A stretch of 32,000 bases of DNA from Copranaerobaculum intestinale (GTDB lineage: Bacteria; Bacillota_I; Bacilli_A; Erysipelotrichales; Erysipelotrichaceae): contig NZ_WUUQ01000001.1 in NCBI RefSeq assembly GCF_009831105.1, forward strand, positions 870,001 through 902,000, read 5' to 3'. A program made the translations under genes and the position numbers. Every line of letters starts with the position of its first letter. The first letter of the stretch is position 1. A model generated the notes under the pieces. That model ran no database searches and was not told where the DNA came from. It saw only the letters and a list, made by a program, of their open reading frames with translations. Positions 17,929 through 27,188 of this stretch are shown here, piece after piece.

Positions 17929-17990
17929 ATTCTTACTGCTTTTTTCGATTGTCCGGTTTATAATAGAAGAAAATGCAGGAGGTTATGGGG

Positions 17991-19166
17991 ATGTACAATT
18001 TGAATTATGATGATTGGATGAAGCTTTCAGCCGATAGTGAAGTATTAGAGGTTACGGAATCAGAAGGGAAATATTGGCATCGATTTCGTGATACAGTATT
18101 CTTTGCAGAAGGCGGCGGAATGGTCAGCGATACAGGAACGATCAACGATTTGACCGTTCGGGATTTGAAAACTGATGATCAGGAGCAGGTGTGGCATTTA
18201 TTGGATGAAAAACTGGAAGGCAGTGTTCATATGGAAGTTGATGAATGGCAGCGCCGCAGTAAGGTTCAGATACATACGGCTGGTCATTTGATCAGCGCGG
18301 TTGCCGGTAAATTGTATCAGGTGGTAACCGCAAGCTTTTCAAACAGCGATGAGGAAAGTATTGAGGAACTCACCTTTACTACCTGCGATAATGCGATTTT
18401 AAAAGAGCTGGAGGCTGTATGCAACAGCTATATTCGGGATGATCTGCCGATTGAAATTCGTTATCCCAGCCATGAGGAAGCAATTCGGCACATTCATGAG
18501 GATGAGGAAATTGACCGCGATCATCTGCGGGCAGTGCTGATCGGTGATATTGATTATAGTTTCTGCGGCTGTATTCATGTCCCAAGCTTAGGGAAAATTC
18601 AAGCGATTAAGTTTCTGGGATTTGAGAAAACAACCCGCGGCTATAAGCTGCGTTATGTCTGCGGTGAGCAGCTGCTTCAGATGTACGGACTGCATTATCA
18701 GGCGTTAAGTGACAGTGCGAAAAGCTTGGGAGTAGCGCAGCTGAATTTAAAGGCGGGTATTGACAAGCTCCACAGCGAAGTAAAGGCATCTAAAAACGAA
18801 GCGAATAATTGGAAACAGCAGGTGATTGAACTGAAAGCAAAAATCATGCATGAAGAAGCTGCGCTGCCTTGCCTGTTTCATGAATTTGATGACATGGATA
18901 TCAAAACGTTCCAAAGCTTCTGTTCCTACTTTGTGAGAACCTATGAGCACGGCATCTTCTTTCTATGTAAAGCTGAAGATCGCTGTCATGTGATGATCTC
19001 CCACAGCAAGTCCTTTACCTATCCATGTAATGAATTATTTAAGAAATTATCAGCTGAGCATGGTTTAAGAGGCGGCGGTAATCCATCCATGGCGCAGGGC
19101 GGCGGAGAATACAGCGAAGCGTTGGTCAATGCCTTGAAGGCACTTTGCGATGAACAAAATCAGTAG
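17991..19166 (+). CDS. alaX: Alanyl-tRNA editing protein, AlaX-L type (tRNA_SAD editing domain + DHHA1-like C-terminus)
   Basis: Zinc motifs HTAGHL and CGCIH of the AlaRS/ThrRS second additional domain. C-terminal GGGNPSMAQGGG resembles the AlaRS C-Ala/DHHA1 region. ATG at 17991 has AGGAGG 8 nt upstream; the ORF track starts at 17973. Confidence 0.8.
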   Translation: MYNLNYDDWMKLSADSEVLEVTESEGKYWHRFRDTVFFAEGGGMVSDTGTINDLTVRDLKTDDQEQVWHLLDEKLEGSVHMEVDEWQRRSKVQIHTAGHLISAVAGKLYQVVTASFSNSDEESIEELTFTTCDNAILKELEAVCNSYIRDDLPIEIRYPSHEEAIRHIHEDEEIDRDHLRAVLIGDIDYSFCGCIHVPSLGKIQAIKFLGFEKTTRGYKLRYVCGEQLLQMYGLHYQALSDSAKSLGVAQLNLKAGIDKLHSEVKASKNEANNWKQQVIELKAKIMHEEAALPCLFHEFDDMDIKTFQSFCSYFVRTYEHGIFFLCKAEDRCHVMISHSKSFTYPCNELFKKLSAEHGLRGGGNPSMAQGGGEYSEALVNALKALCDEQNQ

Positions 19167-19170
19167 AAAA

Positions 19171-19195
19171 ATCAGCGGATGCCGCTGGTTTTTTC
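19171..19195 (+). terminator. Rho-independent terminator (between convergent genes)
   Basis: CAGCGG (19173-19178) / CCGCTG (19182-19187), followed by GTTTTTT. Confidence 0.8.
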
Positions 19196-19276
19196 TATCC
19201 AATTACGATTAAGAGCTTGGCCTGCTTATCAGACATCCAACACATTGCTTGAAATACACAGGGAATCACATTTTAA

Positions 19277-20128
19277 TCAGATTAATATATAGCTTTTATG
19301 CTCTTTTATGATTTGAAAGCCAAATGATTCATAGAGATGGAGAGCACGTGTATTTGCCGCATCAACAATTAATTCAATCACTTGTGGATTGAACGTATTA
19401 CATAACGTAAAGAGCGCATGGCTTAAGAGAATATGACCCAGCCCTTGATTTTGAAAACGCTCGTCTATGCCGATCATTTCAATAATTGCCGATTCATGAG
19501 AAGGATGCTTTAAAACGATAAAACCGCATATTGAAGAATCTTTATGATATAGCTGAACGATACGGTTATTATCATTTAAAATTTCCTCCCCGCTGATATA
19601 AAGAGTACCCATGGTATGCCTGAACATTTTCACAAAGCTCATCTTTTCTGTATTGATAATGGATCGAATACTCGATGACAGACGGCAAGTCTTACATTGA
19701 TCACGGTTGATCTGCATTCTATATTCATCACCCTGATCAACTGCACCGTGTTTCATCAATAGCTCTGCTAAGCCTTTATTTGCTCCTTCAAAATAGAAAT
19801 AAAGCGTTTTTAAAGGGAGAACGTTTAAGAAGCATGACAAAAGTACATCAGCGTTTGCTTGCATACCAAAACGTGTTAAAAAGGGTCCTGATACATCGAT
19901 TCGGTTTTGGTTGGGCACTTGAAAGCCAAATACAATATCTAACAGCTTATCGTTTTCAAACGCACCAAGAAAGGGATGTCCCTGGTCATACAGCCATGTG
20001 ATTTCTTTTTCAATATCTGAATATGTTTGATAGCAGTACAGTGAAGCAGTGCTGGCATCCTGACTATGGATATAAATGAAGTGTATTACAGTTGTCAGCT
20101 CTGCCGGCTGCGGTTTTCTTATTTTCAT
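19277..20128 (-). CDS. GNAT family N-acetyltransferase (degenerate N-terminal plus canonical C-terminal GNAT domain)
   Basis: C-terminal acetyl-CoA motif A IDERFQNQGLGHILLSHAL and LYESFGF. RBS AAGGAGAAGG. Confidence 0.8.
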   Translation of the reverse strand: MKIRKPQPAELTTVIHFIYIHSQDASTASLYCYQTYSDIEKEITWLYDQGHPFLGAFENDKLLDIVFGFQVPNQNRIDVSGPFLTRFGMQANADVLLSCFLNVLPLKTLYFYFEGANKGLAELLMKHGAVDQGDEYRMQINRDQCKTCRLSSSIRSIINTEKMSFVKMFRHTMGTLYISGEEILNDNNRIVQLYHKDSSICGFIVLKHPSHESAIIEMIGIDERFQNQGLGHILLSHALFTLCNTFNPQVIELIVDAANTRALHLYESFGFQIIKEHKSYILI

Positions 20129-20139
20129 ACCTTCTCCTT

Positions 20140-20168
20140 AAAAAAAGCACATCTCGGTGAGGATGTGC
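20140..20168 (-). terminator. Rho-independent terminator (minus strand) after the 96-aa ORF
   Basis: On the minus strand, GCACATC-tcaccga-GATGTGC followed by TTTTTTT. The stop codon is adjacent at 20169-20171. Confidence 0.65.
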
Positions 20169-20459
20169 CTACTGATTCAAATTTTCCAGAACATATTTAC
20201 AGAGCTTCGGCAGATTGCCGTCATTCTCCAGGGTGATGACCTTTTTCAATCCGGTGATATTCAAGGAAGCTGTTTTCAGTCCGTTTTCATCGACACGGAT
20301 CGTAAATGTACCGGTATGATCTTCGTAGAACATATCCAATGAATACGTAGTAACAGTACCGGTTGTTTCTTGGTTTTTTAAATAGCACTTACATGCTTCT
20401 TTGTTTTTTAGAATCAGTTTTACGGCATTGGCGCCGCTGCTTGGAATAGATTTACTCAT
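20169..20459 (-). CDS. Hypothetical small protein (96 aa), no recognisable motif
   Basis: ORF bracketed by its own terminator and an upstream intergenic region. Hydrophilic, predicted beta-rich (TGTVTTYSLDMFYEDHTGTFTIRVD). No signal peptide. Confidence 0.45.
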   Translation of the reverse strand: MSKSIPSSGANAVKLILKNKEACKCYLKNQETTGTVTTYSLDMFYEDHTGTFTIRVDENGLKTASLNITGLKKVITLENDGNLPKLCKYVLENLNQ

Positions 20460-20506
20460 ATCGTAACACCGCCTTTTTCTTATTATAGCATGTTCAAAGG
20501 AAGTTG

Positions 20507-20535
20507 TATGAAAAAAGGATATGATTTCTCAAATC
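20507..20535 (-). terminator. Rho-independent terminator candidate (minus strand) after the Na/Pi transporter gene
   Basis: On the minus strand, AAGGAT-12 nt loop-ATCCTT followed by TTTT. The long loop makes it weak. Confidence 0.4.
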
Positions 20536-20537
20536 CT

Positions 20538-22166
20538 TTATTCTCCTTCTAAAGCATACCGGGCGTGGTAACATTCCTGAGTGATGTTTAAAATGTGATC
20601 GAAAATACGTTCAATATCGGTCATGATTTCACTGTAAATAACACAGTTGTCAGCGGAGCACTCTTTATGCATCAATCGGGAGATTTGACGCTGACGATAT
20701 TTATAAGTCAATACATCGCTGGTTTCTTCGGCTTTCTGAATCGTGTCCAGCACCTGTTCATCTTTTACAAAATCAGCCTTGAACAGATTTTCCAAGCTGT
20801 CATCTATCAGCTGGTGAAGCTCGCGCAGTTCTTCCAGGGCTGCTTCATTCAGCTCTTTATGCAAATCGTAATTGGAGGCATACTGACCGATGTTCAACGC
20901 GTGGTCGCCGATTCGCTCAATATCACAGGATACTTTAAAGAGGGCGTTGCAGATTTGGGAATCGCGCAGATTCATGCCCATACTGGATGCTTTCTCTACA
21001 AAATGGGTAATCTCGTAATTGAGATGATTGATCGTTTCTTCCATTTCGTTGATACTTTCCAGATGATCTTTATCTTTTATCAGGATGGATTCAAAGGCAT
21101 CATCCAGGTTGGTTTTAGTGAAGTGAAGCATAGCAGCGATCTCATTACGCAAGGAGGAAATGGCAACGGCTAAGGAACCGATTGTCATATCGTTCAATAG
21201 TGCAAGCTTATAGCCCATCGGTTTTTCATTGTCATGAAGCGGCAGGATTTTTCGGGATAATTCAGCCAGCTTTGCGCCGAAGGGGAGCAGAAGCAGGGTA
21301 GTCGTAATATTGAAAATCGTATGTGCGTTGGCAATCTGAGATGCTGCATTGCCCGAGATAGAACGAATGAAATCCGCATAAGGCACCATCATCGCAGCTG
21401 TCACAAAGATGACGGTACCGATGATATTGAAGGATAGGTGTATGATCGTGGTACGCTTTGCGTTGCGGTTCGCGTTTAAAGAAGCCAAAACGGCGGTGAT
21501 GCACGTACCGATATTCTGTCCGAATAATACGAAGATCGCGCTTTCCAAGGGAATCACTCCGGACATTGCCAATGCCTGCAAAATACCTACTGAAGCAGAG
21601 GAGCTCTGAATCAGGGCAGTAAAACCCGCACCGGCCAGGATGCCGATCAACGGATTCGAAAAGGTTGTCATCAAATGAATAAACGCTTCGTTGTCGCGCA
21701 GCGGAATCATCGCATCGCTCATCATGCCCATACCGATGAACAATATACCGAGTCCGCCGATAATCTCACCGATGCAGTTTATTTTTTTGTTTTTCATAAA
21801 GGTAACCATACATACTCCGGCAATCGCAATAATAGAAGCGATTTTACTGACATCCAAGGCTATCAGCTGACCGGTTATCGTAGTACCGACATTGGCACCC
21901 ATAATCAGCCATACTGCCTGTTCCAAGCTCATCAAAGAGCTGTTGACAAAACCGACAACCATGACCGTCATCGCCGATGAGCTTTGAATCGCCGCAGTGA
22001 CCAAAGCGCCTACTGCTACGCCGATAAAACGGTTGCTGGTGAGCTTCTCCAGAATCTGCTTCATACGATTTCCGGCGGCGATTTCCAGTCCCTCACTCAT
22101 CATGTGCATGCCGTATAAAAACAGGGCCAACCCGCCGATCAGCATGGTAATATTTTGAAAACTCAT
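20538..22166 (-). CDS. Na+/phosphate cotransporter family protein with C-terminal PhoU-like domain (YjbB/NptA type)
   Basis: Duplicated Na_Pi_cotrans motifs (AIQSSSAMTVMVVGF; LIQSSSASVGILQAL) and a C-terminal PhoU-like repeat (ERIGDHALNI, ERIFDHILNI). Start set at MSFQNITML (ATG 22166, GGAGG upstream). The ORF-track N-terminal 53 aa look non-coding. Confidence 0.85.
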   Translation of the reverse strand: MSFQNITMLIGGLALFLYGMHMMSEGLEIAAGNRMKQILEKLTSNRFIGVAVGALVTAAIQSSSAMTVMVVGFVNSSLMSLEQAVWLIMGANVGTTITGQLIALDVSKIASIIAIAGVCMVTFMKNKKINCIGEIIGGLGILFIGMGMMSDAMIPLRDNEAFIHLMTTFSNPLIGILAGAGFTALIQSSSASVGILQALAMSGVIPLESAIFVLFGQNIGTCITAVLASLNANRNAKRTTIIHLSFNIIGTVIFVTAAMMVPYADFIRSISGNAASQIANAHTIFNITTTLLLLPFGAKLAELSRKILPLHDNEKPMGYKLALLNDMTIGSLAVAISSLRNEIAAMLHFTKTNLDDAFESILIKDKDHLESINEMEETINHLNYEITHFVEKASSMGMNLRDSQICNALFKVSCDIERIGDHALNIGQYASNYDLHKELNEAALEELRELHQLIDDSLENLFKADFVKDEQVLDTIQKAEETSDVLTYKYRQRQISRLMHKECSADNCVIYSEIMTDIERIFDHILNITQECYHARYALEGE

Positions 22167-22304
22167 ACCTTCATTCCTCCGTGATCCTATCCATTGTATA
22201 GAAAGTATAAAGAATAAAGAAAGGAAGCGCAATTCCAGAATTGTTAAGATTTTGTTAAAAAATAGAAATCTTTTCGTTAATATAAGCATGTCAGCTGATG
22301 AATC

Positions 22305-22331
22305 AAAGAAAAAGCCGCAGGTCATGCGGCA
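22305..22331 (-). terminator. Rho-independent terminator (minus strand) after glnN
   Basis: On the minus strand, GCCGCA-tgacc-TGCGGC followed by TTTTTCTTT. Confidence 0.65.
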
Positions 22332-22337
22332 GTAACG

Positions 22338-24431
22338 CTAATTGACAGATGTCAGCAGATCTTCATAACTTGGCACCGGATAATTCTCATAGGAAATGCT
22401 TTCTTCAATCTCATCAATGATATCCCGCAGCGACTTCAGTGCCGGAACTACTTCATCATTCATGTGCCGAGCAATTTCACGATTGGCAGTTAATGGCCGG
22501 GCATCTAAATTTTTGTGCTTCAGCACATGGTATTGATCGTTGAATTTATCCAACAGCTTCAGAAGCTTATTAATTTTCTTTTCATAAAAGAGATGTGGCT
22601 TCGGCAGTGACTGTAATGCATCGCTGTAGAATTTGATTTCCTTGATGAGCCCGGGAAGCAGACACTTCTTAGATACATCAAGCAGGGTCTTTACCTCTAC
22701 CCGTACACTGTTGATGAATTCCTCATAGAGAATTTCCGAACGGGCTTCCAGCTCATGTTGCTTATAGACACCGTTGTTTTGGAAGACATCCACGGCCTTG
22801 GCTGCGGTTAAGGAAGGAATGGTATCGATGTAACAGGAAATATTCGGCAGACCTCGCTTTTTTGCTTCAATCATCCAAGCTTGGGAGTAACCGTCACCGC
22901 TGAATAAAATGCGGTGATGCTGTTTCATGATGCGGCGACAGATCTGTAAAGACTGGCGGCGGATATCATCGATGTATTTATAGTCCTTCAGCTCATCGGC
23001 AATTTCACCCAATGCGTCTGCGACGATCGTATTCAGTACGGTGTTGGTGGTAGCTGCCGAACGGGAGCTACCAACCATCCGAAATTCAAATTTATTGCCG
23101 GTGAAAGCAAACGGTGAAGTACGATTGCGATCACTTGTATCCTTTGGCACATCAGCCAGTGAAACGAGTGATATCGCGGTACTTTCATTGTCTTTCAGAG
23201 ATCCCTTTTCCTGTTTGTCTAAGCGCATCAATACATCCTCAAGATAGGAACCCATGCAGATGCTGATGACAGCCGGCGGAGCTTCATGACCGCCTAAACG
23301 ATAATCGTTGTTGTAGCAGGAGGCAGCCATGCGCAGCAGTTCGGGAAAAGTATCCACCGCCTTGATAACGGCACAGACAAACAATAGAAAACGAATATTT
23401 TCATGCGGCCGCTCACCCGGCTCAAGCAGATTTTGACCGTCATCGGTCACCAAAGACCAGTTGTTGTGTTTACCCGAGCCGTTCACACCCTGAAACGGTT
23501 TTTCATGAAGCAGACAGCTCATTTCATGCTTATCGGCAGTGGTACGCAAAATATCCATGATGATCTGATTCTGATCGACAGCGATATTGGCCTGGGCGAA
23601 CAGCGGAGCGATTTCAAACTGACATGGGGCAGCTTCATTATGCTCAGTCTTGGCATAAATGCCCAGCTTCCACAGCTCCTCATCCACTTCCTTCATGAAC
23701 GCGGCGACTCGACGGGGAATCGAACCGAAGTAATGATCCGCGACACCCTGCCCGTTTGGCGGCATACTGCCAAACAGCGTCCGTCCGCAGTGCTGTAAAT
23801 CCATACGCTGTTCAAACAGCTTCTTATCGATTAGGAAATATTCCTGTTCCAGTCCCACCATCGGATGAACCTGACGGATATCTTTATCCTTAAACAAATT
23901 GACAATGCGGGTTGCCTGCTTGGAAATCGCATCGATCGATTTTAACAGCGGCGCTTTTTTGTCGAGCGTATCGCCGTTGTAGGAAACGAAGATTGTCGGA
24001 ATACAGAGTACATTATCACGGATGAATGCGGGAGATGTGCAGTCCCAGTATGTATAGCCGCGGGCTTCAAAGGTAGCGCGCAGGCCTCCCGATGGAAAGG
24101 AAGAGGCATCTCCTTCACCCTTGATCAGATTCTTTCCGGAGAAGCGAGAGATCGCTTGTGCATATTCGCCCGGCTCCACAAAACTGTCATGTTTTTCTGC
24201 GGTAGAACCGGTCATCGGCTGAAACCAGTGAGTAAAATGGGTAACTCCCTTTTCCATTGCCCAAGCCTTCATCGCATGGGCAATGGCATCGGCAGTATTC
24301 AAATCGAGTGCGTCATCCTTGCGTGTCGCCGTTTTCCATTTTTTATAAATGGGATAAGGCAGGGTTTCCTTCATAACATTTTCACTGAATAAATGCTTAC
24401 CGAAATCGTCAAATGGGTGATGAGTTGTCAT
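22338..24431 (-). CDS. glnN: Type III glutamine synthetase
   Basis: ~697 aa. GSIII-type N-terminal domain (THFTHWFQPMTGSTAEKHDSF) and catalytic core (EHNEAAPCQFEIAP, HEKPFQGVNGSGKHNNWS). Start at ATG 24431 (GGAGGAAATAAT upstream). Confidence 0.9.
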   Translation of the reverse strand: MTTHHPFDDFGKHLFSENVMKETLPYPIYKKWKTATRKDDALDLNTADAIAHAMKAWAMEKGVTHFTHWFQPMTGSTAEKHDSFVEPGEYAQAISRFSGKNLIKGEGDASSFPSGGLRATFEARGYTYWDCTSPAFIRDNVLCIPTIFVSYNGDTLDKKAPLLKSIDAISKQATRIVNLFKDKDIRQVHPMVGLEQEYFLIDKKLFEQRMDLQHCGRTLFGSMPPNGQGVADHYFGSIPRRVAAFMKEVDEELWKLGIYAKTEHNEAAPCQFEIAPLFAQANIAVDQNQIIMDILRTTADKHEMSCLLHEKPFQGVNGSGKHNNWSLVTDDGQNLLEPGERPHENIRFLLFVCAVIKAVDTFPELLRMAASCYNNDYRLGGHEAPPAVISICMGSYLEDVLMRLDKQEKGSLKDNESTAISLVSLADVPKDTSDRNRTSPFAFTGNKFEFRMVGSSRSAATTNTVLNTIVADALGEIADELKDYKYIDDIRRQSLQICRRIMKQHHRILFSGDGYSQAWMIEAKKRGLPNISCYIDTIPSLTAAKAVDVFQNNGVYKQHELEARSEILYEEFINSVRVEVKTLLDVSKKCLLPGLIKEIKFYSDALQSLPKPHLFYEKKINKLLKLLDKFNDQYHVLKHKNLDARPLTANREIARHMNDEVVPALKSLRDIIDEIEESISYENYPVPSYEDLLTSVN

Positions 24432-24623
24432 ATTATTTCCTCCAATATAGGAATATTGTACATTTTTCATAAAAAAAGTCCATATTATATAGTAAAATTT
24501 TCAAATTAACATTTAAAACTTAAAAAATATTACTGTTTTTTGCATTAAAAATAAGAAAATAGGCTTAAATCTTAATTTTTTATCATATACTTCATATGAA
24601 GATGAAAATCCGGTTATAAATTG

Positions 24624-24652
24624 TTGTAAATAACGTGCAATTTTGGTAAATT
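24624..24652 (+). promoter_or_regulatory. Sigma-A-like promoter candidate for the rubredoxin-like/rubrerythrin genes
   Basis: -35 TTGTAA (24624-24629), 17-bp spacer, extended -10 TGgTAAATT (24644-24652). Confidence 0.4.
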
Positions 24653-24698
24653 AAGGGTACAATAAACACGAACAAAGTTCAAAAGGAGGACCTTATCA

Positions 24699-25031
24699 AT
24701 GAAGCTATGGAAATGCAGTATCTGCGGTTATGTTCATGAAGGTGAAACCGCTCCGGCCGTATGTCCGAAGTGCAATGCCCCGCAGGACAAATTTGTGCTG
24801 ATGGATGAATCAGCCGCTGAGAAGATTTACCGCAGTGACAAAACGAATGATCTTCAGATGAAGCTGATTACGCTGGCGATGGAAATGAATGCAGTGGCAG
24901 AAGCCGGTATCAAGGATAATCTGGATCCGATGTGCGTCCATGTATTTGAGTATGCGAAGAAAGCTGCCTGGGAAGTAAAACAGATGGCAAAAGCTGAAAT
25001 CGCTGGTCATGTTGGTAAAGGAAAATTCTAG
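24699..25031 (+). CDS. Rubredoxin-like zinc-ribbon protein with helical C-terminal domain
   Basis: N-terminal [29 protein letters not shown] (CxxC...CxxC), near-identical in pattern to the C-terminal domain of the adjacent rubrerythrin. RBS AAGGAGG. Confidence 0.7.
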   Translation: MKLWKCSICGYVHEGETAPAVCPKCNAPQDKFVLMDESAAEKIYRSDKTNDLQMKLITLAMEMNAVAEAGIKDNLDPMCVHVFEYAKKAAWEVKQMAKAEIAGHVGKGKF

Positions 25032-25045
25032 GAGGGAGATTTCAT

Positions 25046-25582
25046 ATGAACTTAAAAGGAACAAAGACAGAACAGAATTTGATGCAGGCATTTGCCGGGG
25101 AGAGCCAGGCGCATACAAAATATCAGTATTATGCATCAAAAGCGAAGAAGGACGGCTATGTTCAAATTGCCAATATCTTCGAACAGACATCTAAAAATGA
25201 AAAGGAGCATGCTAAGCTGTGGTTCAAGCTGCTGCATGACGGTATGCCGGATACATTGTGTAATCTGAAGGATGCCGCTGCCGGTGAAAATTATGAATGG
25301 ACCGACATGTATGCCAACATGGCTAAAGAAGCTAGAGAAGAAGGCTTCGATGATATCGCCGCGACGATGGACGGAGTTGCCGCTATTGAAAAAACACATG
25401 AACAGCGCTATGTCGCATTATTAAACAATATCGAAGACGGTGCGGTATTCAGCAAGGATGAAGAGACGGTTTGGGAATGCCTGAACTGCGGTCATCTGCA
25501 CGTTGGCAAGAATGCTCCGGAGATTTGTCCGGTATGTAATCATCCGCAGTCATACTTCGAAGTGCGTGAAGAGAATTACTAA
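25046..25582 (+). CDS. rbr: Rubrerythrin
   Basis: 178 aa. Di-iron four-helix bundle ligands ([23 protein letters not shown]) plus a C-terminal rubredoxin-like [29 protein letters not shown]. Confidence 0.9.
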   Translation: MNLKGTKTEQNLMQAFAGESQAHTKYQYYASKAKKDGYVQIANIFEQTSKNEKEHAKLWFKLLHDGMPDTLCNLKDAAAGENYEWTDMYANMAKEAREEGFDDIAATMDGVAAIEKTHEQRYVALLNNIEDGAVFSKDEETVWECLNCGHLHVGKNAPEICPVCNHPQSYFEVREENY

Positions 25583-25602
25583 GATAATCAAAACGATGAC
25601 AA

Positions 25603-25630
25603 AGGGATGCAAGCTGCATCTCTTTTGTTT
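25603..25630 (+). terminator. Rho-independent terminator candidate after rbr
   Basis: AGGGATGCA / TGCATCTCT stem (one mismatch), followed by TTTGTTTT. Confidence 0.55.
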
Positions 25631-25699
25631 TCTTTGATGGGTTGTAATCGCTTACATAAATTGGCCGGATAAAAACGCAGGAATTCTGATAAAATATCA

Positions 25700-25727
25700 T
25701 TGTAAAAATAATAGAAACGAGTACAAT
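25700..25727 (+). promoter_or_regulatory. Sigma-A-like promoter candidate for ktrBA
   Basis: -35 TTGTAA (25700-25705), 16-bp spacer, -10 TACAAT (25722-25727). Confidence 0.4.
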
Positions 25728-25779
25728 GGATTGTGAACATCGTGAATTCGTAAGGATTCGTTAAGTGAGGGTAAAATGT

Positions 25780-27177
25780 ATGGGTAAGCGTATTTTACAT
25801 GCGTTATCTTTTAATAGACTATCGCCGGCGCAGAAGATTGCGAGCAGTTTCCTGTTTGTGATTTTATGCGGTGCGGTTTCGCTGACGCTGCCGATCTGCA
25901 ACAGCGACGGCAAATTTTTTCCATTTATCGATGCCTTGTTTACCGCGACCAGCGCGACCTGCGTAACGGGCTTGGTGACTGCTTATACGGCGGACCAATT
26001 TAATATACTCGGTCAGATTGTCATCATTGTAATGATTCAAATCGGCGGTCTAGGACTGATGACGCTGATGGCAATTGTAATCAGTAAAGTTAGAAATCGT
26101 ATCACGATGCATGATAAAATCGTGATGAAAGAAATGCTGAATCAAGATAGTGTATTCAATATGCGTACCTTTTTATACGATATCCTAAAATATACAGCTT
26201 TGTTTGAAGGAATCGGAATGGTGTTTTTGGCTTTCCGCATGATACCGGAATATGGAATCGCTCAGGGACTGTTCAATTCGATGTTTCTGTCAATCAGCGC
26301 ATTCTGTAATGCGGGCTTTGATAATATCGGGCGGGTGTCCTTGGGGAATTATATCGGCGATCCGCTTGTAAATATCGTGATAATGTCCTTGATCATACTC
26401 GGCGGCGTTGGTTTCGCTGTCTGGTTTGATATCCGAGATAAAATTCGCCCTTTTTTGAAACGCAAAATTACTTTTAAACGGATGGTGCGCTCATTGGGTC
26501 TGCATACTAAATTGGTATTGATCGTAACCGCTATTTTGATCTTCGGCGGAACCCTTCTGATTTTTATCACCGAGTATAACAATCCTCAGTCTATGGCTCA
26601 TATGAGTCTGGGAGATAAAGTATGGGCATCGCTGTTTCAGTCGGTTACCCTTCGAACCGCAGGCTTTGCGACAATGGATCTTTCTGGTTACCATCTCTCC
26701 TCTAAGTTTATGATGGTCATTTGGATGTTTATCGGCGGATCGCCCGGCGGTACTGCCGGCGGTATCAAGACCACGACGATTGCGATCTTTCTGATCTTTA
26801 TTTTCCGAAATTTGCGGGGCCGTGACACGACGACCCTTATGAAGCGAAGCATCGATCACCATATCGTTGTGAGAGCGATGACGATCATCACCATCAACGG
26901 CATCACCTTGATCACCGGTATCTATTTGCTTACGATATGTATGCCTCATATTCATCTGATTGATTTGGTTTTTGAAGCAGCTTCGGCAATGGCGACGGTA
27001 GGATTAACGCTGGGTATCACCATGTCGCTTAATACCGCTGCTAAATTGATTATTATATTATTAATGTTTACCGGCCGTATCGGCATCACGACCTTTCTTG
27101 TTTCTTTCACGAAGCACGGCGGTCATAAAGCAGGTAAATCGATTGTTTACCCAAGCGGACATATTATTGTCGGATAG
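25780..27177 (+). CDS. ktrB: TrkH/KtrB family potassium uptake membrane subunit
   Basis: Four MPM repeats with selectivity-filter-like glycines (ATCVTGL, NAGFD, RTAGFAT, ATVGLT). Followed by a KtrA-sized RCK gene. ATG at 25780 preferred (GTGAGGG RBS); the ORF track starts at GTG 25765. Confidence 0.85.
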   Translation: MGKRILHALSFNRLSPAQKIASSFLFVILCGAVSLTLPICNSDGKFFPFIDALFTATSATCVTGLVTAYTADQFNILGQIVIIVMIQIGGLGLMTLMAIVISKVRNRITMHDKIVMKEMLNQDSVFNMRTFLYDILKYTALFEGIGMVFLAFRMIPEYGIAQGLFNSMFLSISAFCNAGFDNIGRVSLGNYIGDPLVNIVIMSLIILGGVGFAVWFDIRDKIRPFLKRKITFKRMVRSLGLHTKLVLIVTAILIFGGTLLIFITEYNNPQSMAHMSLGDKVWASLFQSVTLRTAGFATMDLSGYHLSSKFMMVIWMFIGGSPGGTAGGIKTTTIAIFLIFIFRNLRGRDTTTLMKRSIDHHIVVRAMTIITINGITLITGIYLLTICMPHIHLIDLVFEAASAMATVGLTLGITMSLNTAAKLIIILLMFTGRIGITTFLVSFTKHGGHKAGKSIVYPSGHIIVG

Positions 27178-27188
27178 GAGAAAGTATT

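Noticed and set aside
20595-21173. Long antisense ORFs inside confirmed genes: 20595-21173 (+), 16426-16878 (-), 26491-26955 (-), 9750-10164 (-), 2883-3290 (-), 6478-6882 (-), 23403-23798 (+)
   Set aside because: Each lies fully within, and opposite to, a CDS with clear family motifs. The translations are compositionally aberrant and lack RBSs, as is typical of shadow ORFs.
22167-22325. 53-aa N-terminal extension of the Na/Pi transporter ORF
   Set aside because: The family-typical N-terminus begins at MSFQNITML with a GGAGG RBS. The extension runs through the glnN terminator and promoter-like AT-rich DNA.
24432-24698. GlnR/TnrA box (TGTNA-N7-TNACA) upstream of glnN
   Set aside because: Only partial half-sites were found (for example TTAACAT near 24508 with no proper partner). 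No full palindrome was found on either strand.
25631-25779. Possible c-di-AMP (ydaO-type) riboswitch upstream of ktrBA, as in B. subtilis
   Set aside because: Only a short AATCGCTTA resemblance to the start of the motif is present. The conserved G-rich cores (GGGGACCCA-type, paired pseudo-symmetric halves) are absent. The leader downstream of the promoter candidate is only ~50 nt.
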